64,000 bases of DNA from an uncultured Actinomycetota bacterium (GCA_964610315.1 CAZSVM010000012.1:4089-68088), one strand, 5' to 3'. Positions 1-10,225 are shown, counted from the stretch's first letter. Notes: generated from the letters alone by a model not told the origin. Program-made: numbers and translations.

Positions 1-171
1 TATTATATTTATAGCATATACTTAACATTTAATGAAGTTAGCTTGATTTTATCACAAATATTAATAACGTGAAAATTATTTCTTTTAGTCAAGGCAAAAA
101 ATTGTAGAGAAAAAAGTAAAGTACAATGTTTTCCTAATACAAGAAATTTCATTCAGAAAAACTTAAAAAAT

Positions 172-1164
172 CTATACGCTTTTTACTTTCAGCGGCCTCC
201 ACCAGTTTTCATTCTTTATATACCAGTATACTGTCTTTTCAAGCGCTTCCTCGAAACTATAGGTGGTATTCCAGCCGAACTCTTTTTTTATCTTGGAACA
301 GTTAACGGAATAGCGGCGGTCATGGCCCAACCTGTCGGTAACCGGCTCAATCATATCCTCTGATTTTTCCAGTATCTCTATTATCTTTTTTGTAAGCCAT
401 ATATTGGGCCTCTCATTTCCGGCACCAATGTTATAAATCTCGCCAGTTCTCCCATTGTGAAGTACGCGGTCCAGCGCACTGCAGTTATCATCCACATAAA
501 TCCAGTCTCTTACATTCATCCCATCTCCGTAAAGCGGGACCTTGATATTATCGATAAGATTGGTAACAAAAAGCGGGATTACTTTCTCGGGATACTGATA
601 GGGTCCAAAATTATTTGAAGTTCTGGTAATAACTACCGGGGTACCATATGTTTTATAGAATGATCTCACAATCATCTCCGCTCCTGCCTTGGAAGCAGAA
701 TATGGATTATTCGGCTTAACCGGATCCTCTTCTTTAAATGAGCCTTTTTCTATTGATCCGTAAACTTCGTCTGTACTTATCTGGAAATAAATACTGCTGT
801 CGTATTTTTTTACCGCTTCCAGCAGGACGTAAGTGCCATAAATATCGGTCTGAATAAAAACACCCGGATCTTCTATCGAGCGGTCCACGTGGGATTCGGC
901 AGCGAAATTTATCACGGCATCTATTTTGCGGGACTTAAAAATTTCATCTACAATTTTTCTATCGGCTATATCACCTCTTATGAATTTGTAGCCGGGATTA
1001 TTTTCAATATCCCTTAGATTTTCCAGATTTCCTGCGTAAGTTAATTTATCAAGGTTAATAATCTTATATTCCGGGTATTTTTTAATTATGTAATGTATGA
1101 AGTTACTTCCAATAAAACCGGCTCCACCAGTTACAAGCAGCGTATTAAAACTTCTCTCTTCCAA
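172..1164 (-). CDS. rfbB: dTDP-glucose 4,6-dehydratase
   Basis: N-terminal Rossmann motif TGGAGFIGSN, catalytic YxxxK (PYSASKAGAE), 330 aa; extended-SDR dehydratase typical of RmlB. Confidence 0.85.
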   Translation of the reverse strand: MEERSFNTLLVTGGAGFIGSNFIHYIIKKYPEYKIINLDKLTYAGNLENLRDIENNPGYKFIRGDIADRKIVDEIFKSRKIDAVINFAAESHVDRSIEDPGVFIQTDIYGTYVLLEAVKKYDSSIYFQISTDEVYGSIEKGSFKEEDPVKPNNPYSASKAGAEMIVRSFYKTYGTPVVITRTSNNFGPYQYPEKVIPLFVTNLIDNIKVPLYGDGMNVRDWIYVDDNCSALDRVLHNGRTGEIYNIGAGNERPNIWLTKKIIEILEKSEDMIEPVTDRLGHDRRYSVNCSKIKKEFGWNTTYSFEEALEKTVYWYIKNENWWRPLKVKSV

Positions 1165-1215
1165 TTAACCCTCCTAAAGCCTTTTCAGTTCATATTATTA
1201 TTTATATCCATAGAT

Positions 1216-1437
1216 CTATAGTTTCTTCATGAAATCTTCAACAGTTAAACCAGCCTTATCAATTAATGCCCGTAAAGTTCCCCTCGCAACTTCCGGATGA
1301 TTTGGTATAGATAATGTTGATATATTTTCTTCTTTTGTAAGAATTATATGACTTCCACTGCTTCTTGCCACTACCCACCCAAATTTTTTAAAAACTCTTA
1401 TAACTTCCCTGGGCTTTAGCAATGGAGCTTTCGGCAT
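1216..1437 (-). CDS. hicA: HicA family mRNA-interferase toxin
   Basis: 73 aa, HicA/YcfA-like sequence (KPREVIRVFKKFGW...GSHIIL); start shares a base with the upstream hicB stop. Confidence 0.75.
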   Translation of the reverse strand: MPKAPLLKPREVIRVFKKFGWVVARSSGSHIILTKEENISTLSIPNHPEVARGTLRALIDKAGLTVEDFMKKL

Positions 1438-1643
1438 TAAACTTTAACCTCCACCTGGCGTGTAGATATTGTCAGAGGAATACCCTTTTCTGCTCTAACC
1501 TCCAGACATTCTCTAATTGCATCCTGGATATTTTTTTCTGCTTCTTTTTCAGTTTTCCCCTGACTTATGCATCCTGGTATAGAGGGACATTCGGTAACAT
1601 ACATACCGTCTTCATCCCTAAAAATAGTAATTACAAATTTCAT
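1437..1643 (-). CDS. hicB: HicB-like antitoxin (UPF0150 fold only, no DNA-binding domain)
   Basis: 68 aa, UPF0150/HicB-like motif (YVTECPSIPGCISQGKTEKEAEKNIQDAIRECLE); immediately upstream of and overlapping hicA. Confidence 0.7.
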   Translation of the reverse strand: MKFVITIFRDEDGMYVTECPSIPGCISQGKTEKEAEKNIQDAIRECLEVRAEKGIPLTISTRQVEVKV

Positions 1644-1682
1644 ATATCCTCCATAGATAATAAGATAAAAGATAATTATTCT

Positions 1683-2144
1683 CTATCCGTCTTTTCTGTC
1701 CCAGTTATATGGTATTTCAGAGCTGTGTGGATCTACTCTGAACTCATCAGGCTCCTGGTAGTCGTAAGGTTCTGAAGGGATATTTATACATATTGCCTCA
1801 TAATTTGTAACACACTTAAAACCGTGATAAACAAATATCGGAATTTGAAGAAGTATAGGGTTATGCACCCCCATAAAGAATTCATTTACCTCCTTATATG
1901 TAGGTGAATCTTTCCTGCTGTCATATAAAACAACTTTCATCATACCCCTAACCACCACCATATTATCAGTTTGTTTCTTATGATAATGCCACCCCTTAAC
2001 CACGCCAGGATAGGCCGTGGTCATATAAACCTGCCCAAACTTTATAAACAGATCGTCATCCGAGCGGAGCATCTCCATAAGTCTACCTCTTTCATCAGGG
2101 ATGACTTTAAGCCTCTTTACTTTAACTCCTTCTATCAAAACCAA
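1683..2144 (-). CDS. RmlC-like cupin (dTDP-sugar epimerase/ketoisomerase family)
   Basis: 153 aa cupin with paired His motif KGWHYHKKQTD; sits between rfbB and a GT4 glycosyltransferase. Confidence 0.55.
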   Translation of the reverse strand: MVLIEGVKVKRLKVIPDERGRLMEMLRSDDDLFIKFGQVYMTTAYPGVVKGWHYHKKQTDNMVVVRGMMKVVLYDSRKDSPTYKEVNEFFMGVHNPILLQIPIFVYHGFKCVTNYEAICINIPSEPYDYQEPDEFRVDPHSSEIPYNWDRKDG

Positions 2145-2313
2145 TCCTCCTCATATAATACATAATAAAAAAATTGCAATTCTCTTAGGGAACTGCCGCT
2201 TTAAAGTATACGGCTGTGAAGTATAATATCAATAAATATATTTTCTTACAATATAACTACCCGGGAGCAGGAAAAGATAACCGTAAAAAAATTATTACGA
2301 ATCTAAAACAAAA

Positions 2314-3507
2314 TTAATTAGAGGTTAATTTCCTGAAAGCCTCTACGGTAGTTTTTATACTGTTATTCCAGGAAAATACTTCTTCCACTCTTTTTTTATT
2401 TAATTGTCCCAGTTCTTTTGCTTTCCCCGGATTTTCAATTGCCCATACTATTTTGGCCGCCAGATTTTCAACCCGGTCATCGGCTGCATAAATACCGTTT
2501 TCTCCCAAAAACCTGCGGTTATTTTTCCCCTCGAAACATACTACCGGAAGCCCGGCACCCATGTAATTTATAACTTTACCGCTGGCCTCTCCCGCCTTTT
2601 CAACCTTGGGTTCAACTGCAATATCACTGATAAGCAGATAATCAGGAAGCTTAAAATAATCTACCATACCGGTAAAGTGAACATTCTTTTCTACCTCTAA
2701 TTCCCTTACTTTTGCAGCGGTCTCTTCCACGGGATAACCCACTATCAGGAAATGGGTATCCTTTCTTCCCTTCAGGACCACCGGAATGGCCTCAACCAGA
2801 TTCCATATCCCTTTGGCGGCAAGCAGTGCTCCAGTAAATATTACCAGTGGGGCGCCGGAGGGTATCCCCAGTTCATTCCTCAGTCCTTCCTTGGGAAGCT
2901 GGCTGAAAAAGTCGGTATGAACCCCATCTATTACCACCCTTACCTTATCGGGACTTATATGAAATCTATTTTTTATAATATCTCCGTTGGACACCGAGCT
3001 GCATATAAAGAAATCGGGCATCTTACAGATAAATTTTTCCAGGGTATGGAAAAACCACCTGACTGGTCTTTTGCCCTTTATCCAGTTAAAAGTATCCAAT
3101 TCCGAAGTCAGGCTTCCCTGTACATCGAATACCAAGGGAACTCTTCCCAGGGTTAGAAGATATTTTATGAGCCCGCCTACAAATGCTCCCTCATGAAGGT
3201 GCCCGTATATAACATCCGGTTTTTCTTTAAAATATACGGCCGCTGCTTTGAAAAAAAGAAGTATGTCGATATAAAACTTATGTATGGAAGGGCCCGCTTC
3301 CAGTTTCCGGTACCAGGGAATATTTATTATCCTTCTAATATCAAGGCCTTCCAGATTGCGGCCATTATGATAGGTTACTATAATATTCTGGTAACCGTAA
3401 TTTGCCAGAGCCTTCATCTCTCCCAGTATCCTCATATGGCAGCCTCTGTCGGCAAAAAAAGGTGTGGGAACTATATTAAGTACCTTCATATTATTTCTTG
3501 TTTTCAT
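2314..3507 (-). CDS. Glycosyltransferase family 4 (GT-B)
   Basis: 397 aa; C-terminal GT4 signature region (FTGALLAAKGIWNLVEA...ENGIYAADD), retaining GT-B architecture. Confidence 0.8.
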   Translation of the reverse strand: MKTRNNMKVLNIVPTPFFADRGCHMRILGEMKALANYGYQNIIVTYHNGRNLEGLDIRRIINIPWYRKLEAGPSIHKFYIDILLFFKAAAVYFKEKPDVIYGHLHEGAFVGGLIKYLLTLGRVPLVFDVQGSLTSELDTFNWIKGKRPVRWFFHTLEKFICKMPDFFICSSVSNGDIIKNRFHISPDKVRVVIDGVHTDFFSQLPKEGLRNELGIPSGAPLVIFTGALLAAKGIWNLVEAIPVVLKGRKDTHFLIVGYPVEETAAKVRELEVEKNVHFTGMVDYFKLPDYLLISDIAVEPKVEKAGEASGKVINYMGAGLPVVCFEGKNNRRFLGENGIYAADDRVENLAAKIVWAIENPGKAKELGQLNKKRVEEVFSWNNSIKTTVEAFRKLTSN

Positions 3508-3676
3508 TTCCTGAATTAACTTACATTACTCTAGTCGATCCGGATATTAATCTTTTTCTAATCCCATATATAATAAAAAAATTCTAACTTACCATTGTGT
3601 CATTGTAAATAACAAATCTAACAGAAACAAGTGATTTGTTTTTGTCTTTATCAAGAAAATTAAGTAAAATTAGGCT

Positions 3677-4066
3677 GTGAATAAACAAAAGTTAAAAAAA
3701 TTAATTAAAATATTTAGCCAATATCCCAGTCTAAAACTGGTATATCTCTTTGGCTCACAGATTTCAGGTAAAACTGGTCCTCTTTCTGATTATGATTTTG
3801 CATTTTACATAGATGACAAAGAAACTAAAGCATATCATACTGCTTTTGAAATCGAAGGTGAAATCAGCACCCTCCTGGCCACGGAAAAAGTAGATTCAGT
3901 AATTTTAAATTATACAGATGCACCAGAACTTAAATATTCTATCATAAAAAATGGTAAGATCATTTACGAAATAGAACCATATAAACTTCTTATTGAACCT
4001 AGAATATTAAATGAATACTTTGATTTTCGCTTTTTACTAAGAAAATATCAATTAACGAAGACTTAA
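3677..4066 (+). CDS. mntA: Nucleotidyltransferase (MNT-type antitoxin)
   Basis: Pol-beta-like NTase motif LVYLFGSQISGKTGPLSDYDFAFY (GS...DxD); 129 aa; immediately upstream of a HEPN gene. Confidence 0.75.
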   Translation: MNKQKLKKLIKIFSQYPSLKLVYLFGSQISGKTGPLSDYDFAFYIDDKETKAYHTAFEIEGEISTLLATEKVDSVILNYTDAPELKYSIIKNGKIIYEIEPYKLLIEPRILNEYFDFRFLLRKYQLTKT

Positions 4067-4072
4067 TACAAT

Positions 4073-4492
4073 ATGACTGGATTGGATGTAATTGAAAAAG
4101 GCATAAGTAATATAAAAAAATATCTTTCTATTCTTGACAGTTACAAGGATATATCAATAGAAGATTTGCAAAATGACCTGATATTACGCGGCGCAATTGA
4201 AAGATACCTGTATCTTGCTGTTCAAGCAACTATTGACCTGGCAGAAGCTATAATTTCATATAAGGAATTGAGACGCCCGACAACATTCTCTGAATCATTT
4301 GAGATTTTAAATGAACATAATTTGATTTCAAAAGAGGTAAGAATAAATATGGTTAAAATGGCTAGATTTAGAAATCTTATTGCGCATGACTATGGTGATA
4401 TTAATTACAACGTCGTTCATGACATTTTAATAAATCATTTAATAGATATAAATTTATTTTTAAAAGAAATTACTTATAAAATAAAGTTATAA
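4073..4492 (+). CDS. hepT: HepT/DUF86 HEPN toxin
   Basis: 139 aa with HEPN Rx4-6H motif (RNLIAHDYGDI); 6-nt gap after the NTase gene. Confidence 0.75.
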   Translation: MTGLDVIEKGISNIKKYLSILDSYKDISIEDLQNDLILRGAIERYLYLAVQATIDLAEAIISYKELRRPTTFSESFEILNEHNLISKEVRINMVKMARFRNLIAHDYGDINYNVVHDILINHLIDINLFLKEITYKIKL

Positions 4493-4501
4493 AGAAAAAG
4501 C

Positions 4502-5422
4502 TTAATGATTTTTAAACCAGTTATAGGTCAGCTTGAGCCCTTCTTCTATGGATATCTCCGGGCACCAGCCCAATACCTTTTCAGCCATCTGATAAGAAAG
4601 CTGGCATCTTCTTTGCTCACCCTCTTTAGGGGGACCATGAACCTCTTCTATATCATCTTTTCCTGATACTTCCTTTAAGATTTTAAACAGTTCTACCACA
4701 TTGGTTTCCTTGCCAGTACTTATATTTAAGGAACCCACAAAATTGCTTTCCATAGCTTTAAGATTTGCATCTACCGCGTCTCTCACATAGACATAATCCC
4801 TGGTCTGAAGTCCGTCCCCGTTAATAACCGGATCTTTACCTCCCAGTATTCTGCTCGAAAATATGGCTACCACTCCTGCTTCTCCATGAGGATCCTGCCT
4901 GGGACCATATATATTGCCATATCTCAAGGATATATATTTTAGGCCATAGGTTTTATAAAAATAATACAGATAATTTTCGGTGGCCAATTTTGCCACTCCG
5001 TATGGGGAGATGGGATTGGCAGGATGCTTTTCATCTGCCGGAAAATATTCCTGTTCACCATATACTGTCCCTCCCGAAGAAGCAAAAATTATTTTCTTCA
5101 CTTTATATATATTGCAGGCATCAATCACATTAAGCCCGCCCATTATATTTATATCAGCATCCATCATAGGATCATCAACCGATACCCTCACACTTATCTG
5201 AGCAGCATTGTGAATTACGGCATCTGGTTTTTCGGATTTCAATATATGGTGTATTTCTTTACTCCTGATATCACAGCGGTAAAATTTAGCTTCTTTTGGA
5301 ATATTTTCTTTTTTTCCACTCGAAAGATCATCGACTATAACTACCTCATAATTCTTTTCCATCAGCCCATCGGCTACGTTTGAACCTATAAATCCTGCTC
5401 CACCAGTTATAAGTACCTTCAA
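4502..5422 (-). CDS. NAD-dependent sugar epimerase/dehydratase (GalE-like)
   Basis: TGGAGFIGSN Rossmann motif, YGVAKLATE (YxxxK), 306 aa. Confidence 0.8.
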   Translation of the reverse strand: MKVLITGGAGFIGSNVADGLMEKNYEVVIVDDLSSGKKENIPKEAKFYRCDIRSKEIHHILKSEKPDAVIHNAAQISVRVSVDDPMMDADINIMGGLNVIDACNIYKVKKIIFASSGGTVYGEQEYFPADEKHPANPISPYGVAKLATENYLYYFYKTYGLKYISLRYGNIYGPRQDPHGEAGVVAIFSSRILGGKDPVINGDGLQTRDYVYVRDAVDANLKAMESNFVGSLNISTGKETNVVELFKILKEVSGKDDIEEVHGPPKEGEQRRCQLSYQMAEKVLGWCPEISIEEGLKLTYNWFKNH

Positions 5423-5549
5423 TTTGCCTCCTTTGTAACTTTACTGAAAATATAACTTAATATAACTTCATTTAATAATAAAAAGAAAATTACAAGAAAA
5501 TTTTATTAAGTAAAACAGTTTATATCACGATGAAAGATTTTTTTAAAGG

Positions 5550-7193
5550 CTACTTGCCAGGCTTTTCCTTAAAATTTTTTAAATCATAAAAATCACTAAC
5601 TTTTCCATCTCTTATATCTCTTTCTATAAATTCTTTTGGTCTGTCGCCAGCATTTCCAAAACCACCGCCGCCAGGAGTTCTAATAATTACGGTATCACCC
5701 TTTTTAAGAGTTATATTTGAACATTTAGATGGAACGGGTTTACCATTGATTAAAAATTTTCCTGTTTTGCCACTTTCACCACCGTTCCACCCCCAGGGAA
5801 GAAATTTATGTCTGTCTGCATGAGAAGAGAATATTACATTATTTTCAAGTATCTTAATTTCCCTTCTAATACCTAAACCTCCCCTGTATTTACCCATACC
5901 ACCTGAATTGGGTATAAGTTCATAGCTTAAGACTCTAATCGGAAACTCTGTCTCTAACACCTCTATGGGAAGGTTTGAAGTATTTGTAATATGAACCTGC
6001 ACACCATCAAGACCATCTCCACTTTCAGAAGCGCCGGAGCCTCCTCCCACTGCTTCAACATAAACGAATTTATCTTCTTTAGATAAAACTATAGCAGTGC
6101 TTGCATCATTTGAGCCTGAAACCGCTTTCCCTGGCATAGCTTTATTAAAAGCACCGATAAGAGTACCAGCTATCCTCTGGCAGGTATCTGTTCTTGCTCC
6201 TACTGCTGACGGTTCTTTTGGATTAACTATACTGCCCAAAGGTGCTTTTATGCTTAAAACTCTTTCTAAACCTTCATTTGCAGGTAGCTCAGGGTCTAAA
6301 AAAGCCTTTATTACATAATAAATTGTAGCGAGAAGAGCAGACCTTACCACATTTATTGCTCCTCTGCTCTGACAACCTGTTCCTGAAAAATCAATTTCTA
6401 AATTCTTACCACTAACCTTAATACATACCCTTATGGGAATAGGTTTATCTGAGACCCCATCATCGTCTAGTTTATCCTCAAAAAAATATTTTCCATCCGG
6501 GATTTCTTCTATTCTGGATCTCAGTCTTTTTTCAGTATAGAATAGCAACTTTTCAATCGAATTCTCTATGACTTTAACACTATACTTCAAATAAAGTTCA
6601 TCAAGATATCTTATTCCAACTTTATTGGTGGCTACCTGGGCTTTTAAATCAGTGCATCTTTCCCAGGGAATTCTACAGTTTTTTACTATAAAATTTAATA
6701 GGCTTTGATCAGTTTTTCCATCTTTTACTAACTTTATGGGTGGTATTCTTAAACCCTCTTCATAGATGGATTTGGCATCCCCTGCAATTCCTCCTGGTCT
6801 TGCTCCTCCGATATCTGAGTGATGAGCTATATTGGCAGCAAAATTAAATAGCTTATTATCTTTAAAAAAAGGAGAAATGACAGTTACATCAGGAAGGTGG
6901 GTTCCTCCAGAATAAGGATCATTGGCAATAAATACATCACCTGGATTTATATCCTCATTAAAACGCTTCAGTATCTCCTTCACTATCCCCAACATGGATC
7001 CCAAATGAAGAGGAATGTGTTCTGCCTGCGCCACCAATCTCCCTTTAGCATCAAATATCGCAGTTGAACAGTCCTTTCTTTCCTTTATATTAGCCGAAAA
7101 GGCACTCCTTACCAATACCTCACCCATAAGTTCAGCTATAGTTTTAAGGCGATTTCCTATTACTTTTGCAGTTATTATATCAATACCTTCCAT
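5550..7193 (-). CDS. hyuB: Hydantoinase B/oxoprolinase family protein
   Basis: 547 aa HyuB-like sequence; paired with an upstream HyuA-like gene as in ATP-dependent hydantoinase/oxoprolinase/acetone carboxylase systems. Confidence 0.8.
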   Translation of the reverse strand: MEGIDIITAKVIGNRLKTIAELMGEVLVRSAFSANIKERKDCSTAIFDAKGRLVAQAEHIPLHLGSMLGIVKEILKRFNEDINPGDVFIANDPYSGGTHLPDVTVISPFFKDNKLFNFAANIAHHSDIGGARPGGIAGDAKSIYEEGLRIPPIKLVKDGKTDQSLLNFIVKNCRIPWERCTDLKAQVATNKVGIRYLDELYLKYSVKVIENSIEKLLFYTEKRLRSRIEEIPDGKYFFEDKLDDDGVSDKPIPIRVCIKVSGKNLEIDFSGTGCQSRGAINVVRSALLATIYYVIKAFLDPELPANEGLERVLSIKAPLGSIVNPKEPSAVGARTDTCQRIAGTLIGAFNKAMPGKAVSGSNDASTAIVLSKEDKFVYVEAVGGGSGASESGDGLDGVQVHITNTSNLPIEVLETEFPIRVLSYELIPNSGGMGKYRGGLGIRREIKILENNVIFSSHADRHKFLPWGWNGGESGKTGKFLINGKPVPSKCSNITLKKGDTVIIRTPGGGGFGNAGDRPKEFIERDIRDGKVSDFYDLKNFKEKPGK

Positions 7194-7250
7194 AATTAAA
7201 ATTTATATATTCTTATGTTTAATTTTATATTCGAACTTACGAAAAACATT

Positions 7251-9329
7251 TTATTCCACGCTAATAATAAAGCTACCATTACTTTCTACTCTACCATTAT
7301 CTCCGGGTGGAATAACTATAGTTGAATCTACCTGCTCTATTATAGCGGGACCTTTAATCTTATATCCACAAGGAATACTAATTCTTTTATAGACTGGAGT
7401 TTTAATTGATTTTCTATCCTCTATGAAATAAACTTCTCTAAATTCTTTAATCAGTTTATTATTATCTTTCTGAGCTTTATAAAATTTATGTTTAAGTTTT
7501 AAAGATAAAATTCCAATGCATCTTAATCTTAAATTTATAATCTCTATTTTTTTATCTTTAAGTTTATATCCATAAAGGTTATTATGTTTTTTATAAAAAA
7601 TCTTTTTTATATTATCCATCTTGCATTTATCCAAATCAGTTACATCTTTTTCTAAAACCGGAATAGTTATCTCGTAATTTTGCCCTTCATATCTTATATC
7701 CAAAAACCACTCTAACTTCCGTTTGTAGCGGGGAATATTTTCTTTTTTAAACCAATCTTTTGCTTTACTTTTAAAATCTAAAATAATCTTATTAAAACTT
7801 TCTTTTTTAAACCCTTTTATAGTTTTTACAAAATCCATGGTAGCGTCACTATAGAGAAGTCCTTCTGCAGAAAAAGCCCCCGGTGTTTTTGGAATTATAA
7901 CCTCCTTTATTCCCAGTTCTTTCGCAATCAGAGCTGCATGCATTGGCCCTGCTCCGCCATAGGCTACAAGTTTTAACTCTTTAGGATGAAAGCCTTTTGA
8001 TATTGAAATTTTTCTAATTGCCTCGGATATATCTGATATTATTAGACGAACTATCGCCCACGCTCCTTCAATTAAAGACATCTTTAATGGTATGGAGACC
8101 AAATTTTTAATAGTTTTTTTTGCTTTGTCTAAATTAAGCTCCATTTTGCCACCAAGCATAGTTTTTACTCCCAGAGTGCCAAGAACAAGATTCGCATCAG
8201 TAACTGTAGGCTTCTTTCCTCCTTTATCATAACAGGCAGGACCAGGGTCTGCACCTGAACTTTCGGGTCCTACCTTTAGAAAACCACCTTCATCAACACT
8301 AGCAATACTTCCGCCACCGGCACCAATGGTAAGAATATCAATAACTGGGAATTTAACAGGATAACCCAGAACCTCTTTTTCTGTGGTTTTTATAGGCTTT
8401 GATTTAGAAATAATTGCCACATCTGTACTGGTCCCGCCCATATCCAGAGTTATAAGATTACTGCTATCTGCACTGTTGCCATATAAAAAAGATGCTCCTG
8501 TCACCCCTGCCGCCGGTCCGGAAAATAATGTTCTTACCGGAAGCTCTATAACACTTTCAGGAGATATTAAGCCCCCATCAGATTGACATATGTATAAAGG
8601 AGCTTCTATTTTAATTTTTTCTAATTCGGATAAAAGATTTTTTAGATATCTTTTAAACACAGGACCAATATAAGCATTCAGAGCTGTAGTGGCTAATCTT
8701 TCATACTCTCTAAACTCAGGAATTACTTTGGAAGATACAGAAATATAAACTTCAGGTAAATTTTTTTTTAATATATATTCGGCTTTTTCTTCATTAGCAC
8801 TATTAGCATAGGAATGTAGAAATAGGATTGCTACAGACTTTACTTTCTCTTCCTTAAATTTATTTATGCTATCTAAAATTTCATCTTCCACCAGTAAAAT
8901 TATTTTTTTACCATCTTTGTCAACTCTTTCAGTCACAGGTATTCGTAAATACCTAGGTATTATAGGTGGAAGTCTCTTCATATGCAGGTCATAAAGATGA
9001 GGTCTTTTTTGCCTGGCAATTTCAAGTAAATCTCTAAAACCCTTTGTAGTGAGAAGAGCAGTTCTACTCCCCTTTCTTTCAATTACTGTATTAATTCCAA
9101 TGGTTGACCCATGACGTATATCATAAATTTTATTTTTATCTTTAATTTCTTTTTCAAGCCCAACAATTATTGGAAGCCATGGGGTATTTTTCTCTGACGG
9201 AATTTTAAAAACATCAATTTTTTTTCTTATCTCGTCATAAATTACAAAATCAGTAAAGGTACCTCCAACATCAACTCCAACCCTATACAATAGGTTCCGC
9301 CTCCCAATATCTCCAATATTACTGTTCAC
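7251..9329 (-). CDS. hyuA: Hydantoinase A/oxoprolinase family protein
   Basis: 692 aa, N-terminal hydantoinase/oxoprolinase region (GVDVGGTFTDFV) and ATPase-fold core. Confidence 0.8.
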   Translation of the reverse strand: MNSNIGDIGRRNLLYRVGVDVGGTFTDFVIYDEIRKKIDVFKIPSEKNTPWLPIIVGLEKEIKDKNKIYDIRHGSTIGINTVIERKGSRTALLTTKGFRDLLEIARQKRPHLYDLHMKRLPPIIPRYLRIPVTERVDKDGKKIILLVEDEILDSINKFKEEKVKSVAILFLHSYANSANEEKAEYILKKNLPEVYISVSSKVIPEFREYERLATTALNAYIGPVFKRYLKNLLSELEKIKIEAPLYICQSDGGLISPESVIELPVRTLFSGPAAGVTGASFLYGNSADSSNLITLDMGGTSTDVAIISKSKPIKTTEKEVLGYPVKFPVIDILTIGAGGGSIASVDEGGFLKVGPESSGADPGPACYDKGGKKPTVTDANLVLGTLGVKTMLGGKMELNLDKAKKTIKNLVSIPLKMSLIEGAWAIVRLIISDISEAIRKISISKGFHPKELKLVAYGGAGPMHAALIAKELGIKEVIIPKTPGAFSAEGLLYSDATMDFVKTIKGFKKESFNKIILDFKSKAKDWFKKENIPRYKRKLEWFLDIRYEGQNYEITIPVLEKDVTDLDKCKMDNIKKIFYKKHNNLYGYKLKDKKIEIINLRLRCIGILSLKLKHKFYKAQKDNNKLIKEFREVYFIEDRKSIKTPVYKRISIPCGYKIKGPAIIEQVDSTIVIPPGDNGRVESNGSFIISVE

Positions 9330-10188
9330 TTATATATTCTTTATTTCTAATAGCCGGAATAGAAAGGTCCACATTACCGTACATTCTAATTCTTACTCCT
9401 TCTATATAAAAAATAACCCCTTCTATATCAGGAATTTCCGTTAGGGTGTTTACTATGGAATAAATTATATATGGGTCCAGTATTCTGGTGTCCAGGCTGT
9501 TTTCCAGAAATTCCTGGGAAAGATCGATTTTAGCTATATTCTCATTGGTTTCCGCATCAAGCAGTTCTGTCCCTGCCGGTATTACCGGAAAATGATACGA
9601 TTTTGAGGGACCCTTAAGGAGCTCCTGAACTGCGTTCTTCGCTGCCATATCCGGACTCCCTGCATTTATGGTTCTCTTCTCGGAAACCAGCTTTTTCTCC
9701 TCTCCAAGGCCGGAAAAATAAAAATTAATTTCAAGTCTTGCCGGATAAGTTTCCTCTATTTCTCTATCATTTCCCTGCCTGGTAAAAAAAATTTTTATTT
9801 TCTGCCAGAAAGACAGGCCGCTTTGGGAACCACTGCTGCCGGTAACCTCATCGTTCCCGCCGGAAGTAAGCTCATTTTGGTTAGTATTTTCCTCTCCATT
9901 TTCTGCACTATTTTCCTCTTCATTTTTAGCCTCATCAATGATGGCCGACGGTTCCTGATTCTGGTTGATTGGCTGAACCTCGCCGGAAGCCGATAAATCC
10001 GGTACCGCTTCATTGTTTTCTTCTCCACTGAAAAGGGAGGAAAATTTGCCTTTTAAAAAACCGGGATTATCGATACTATAAAATATGAAAAAGCCAGCCG
10101 CAATCAGGAGAATCAAAATTAGTGTAAATTTCAAAACTGGACCGGAGCTTCTTTTCCTTTTCTTTGTTTTTTTATTTCCGGCATTCAT
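9319..10188 (-). CDS. Membrane-anchored GerMN-domain protein
   Basis: N-terminal TM helix, acidic low-complexity linker, C-terminal GerMN-like domain (DLSQEFLENSLDTRILDPYIIYSIVNTLTEIP); 11-nt overlap with hyuA start implies co-transcription. Confidence 0.6.
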   Translation of the reverse strand: MNAGNKKTKKRKRSSGPVLKFTLILILLIAAGFFIFYSIDNPGFLKGKFSSLFSGEENNEAVPDLSASGEVQPINQNQEPSAIIDEAKNEEENSAENGEENTNQNELTSGGNDEVTGSSGSQSGLSFWQKIKIFFTRQGNDREIEETYPARLEINFYFSGLGEEKKLVSEKRTINAGSPDMAAKNAVQELLKGPSKSYHFPVIPAGTELLDAETNENIAKIDLSQEFLENSLDTRILDPYIIYSIVNTLTEIPDIEGVIFYIEGVRIRMYGNVDLSIPAIRNKEYISEQ

Positions 10189-10225
10189 AAATATAATGAT
10201 ATTAAAATAACAATATGTTATGTAT

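Noticed and set aside
1422-1775. 117-aa plus-strand ORF
   Set aside because: It is antisense to hicB/hicA and the RmlC-like gene. The Cys/Phe-rich junk translation is consistent with a spurious ORF.
5550-9329. Calling the HyuA/HyuB pair 5-oxoprolinase or acetone carboxylase specifically
   Set aside because: Family membership is clear, but the substrate-specific clade cannot be determined without a phylogeny. I kept the generic family call.
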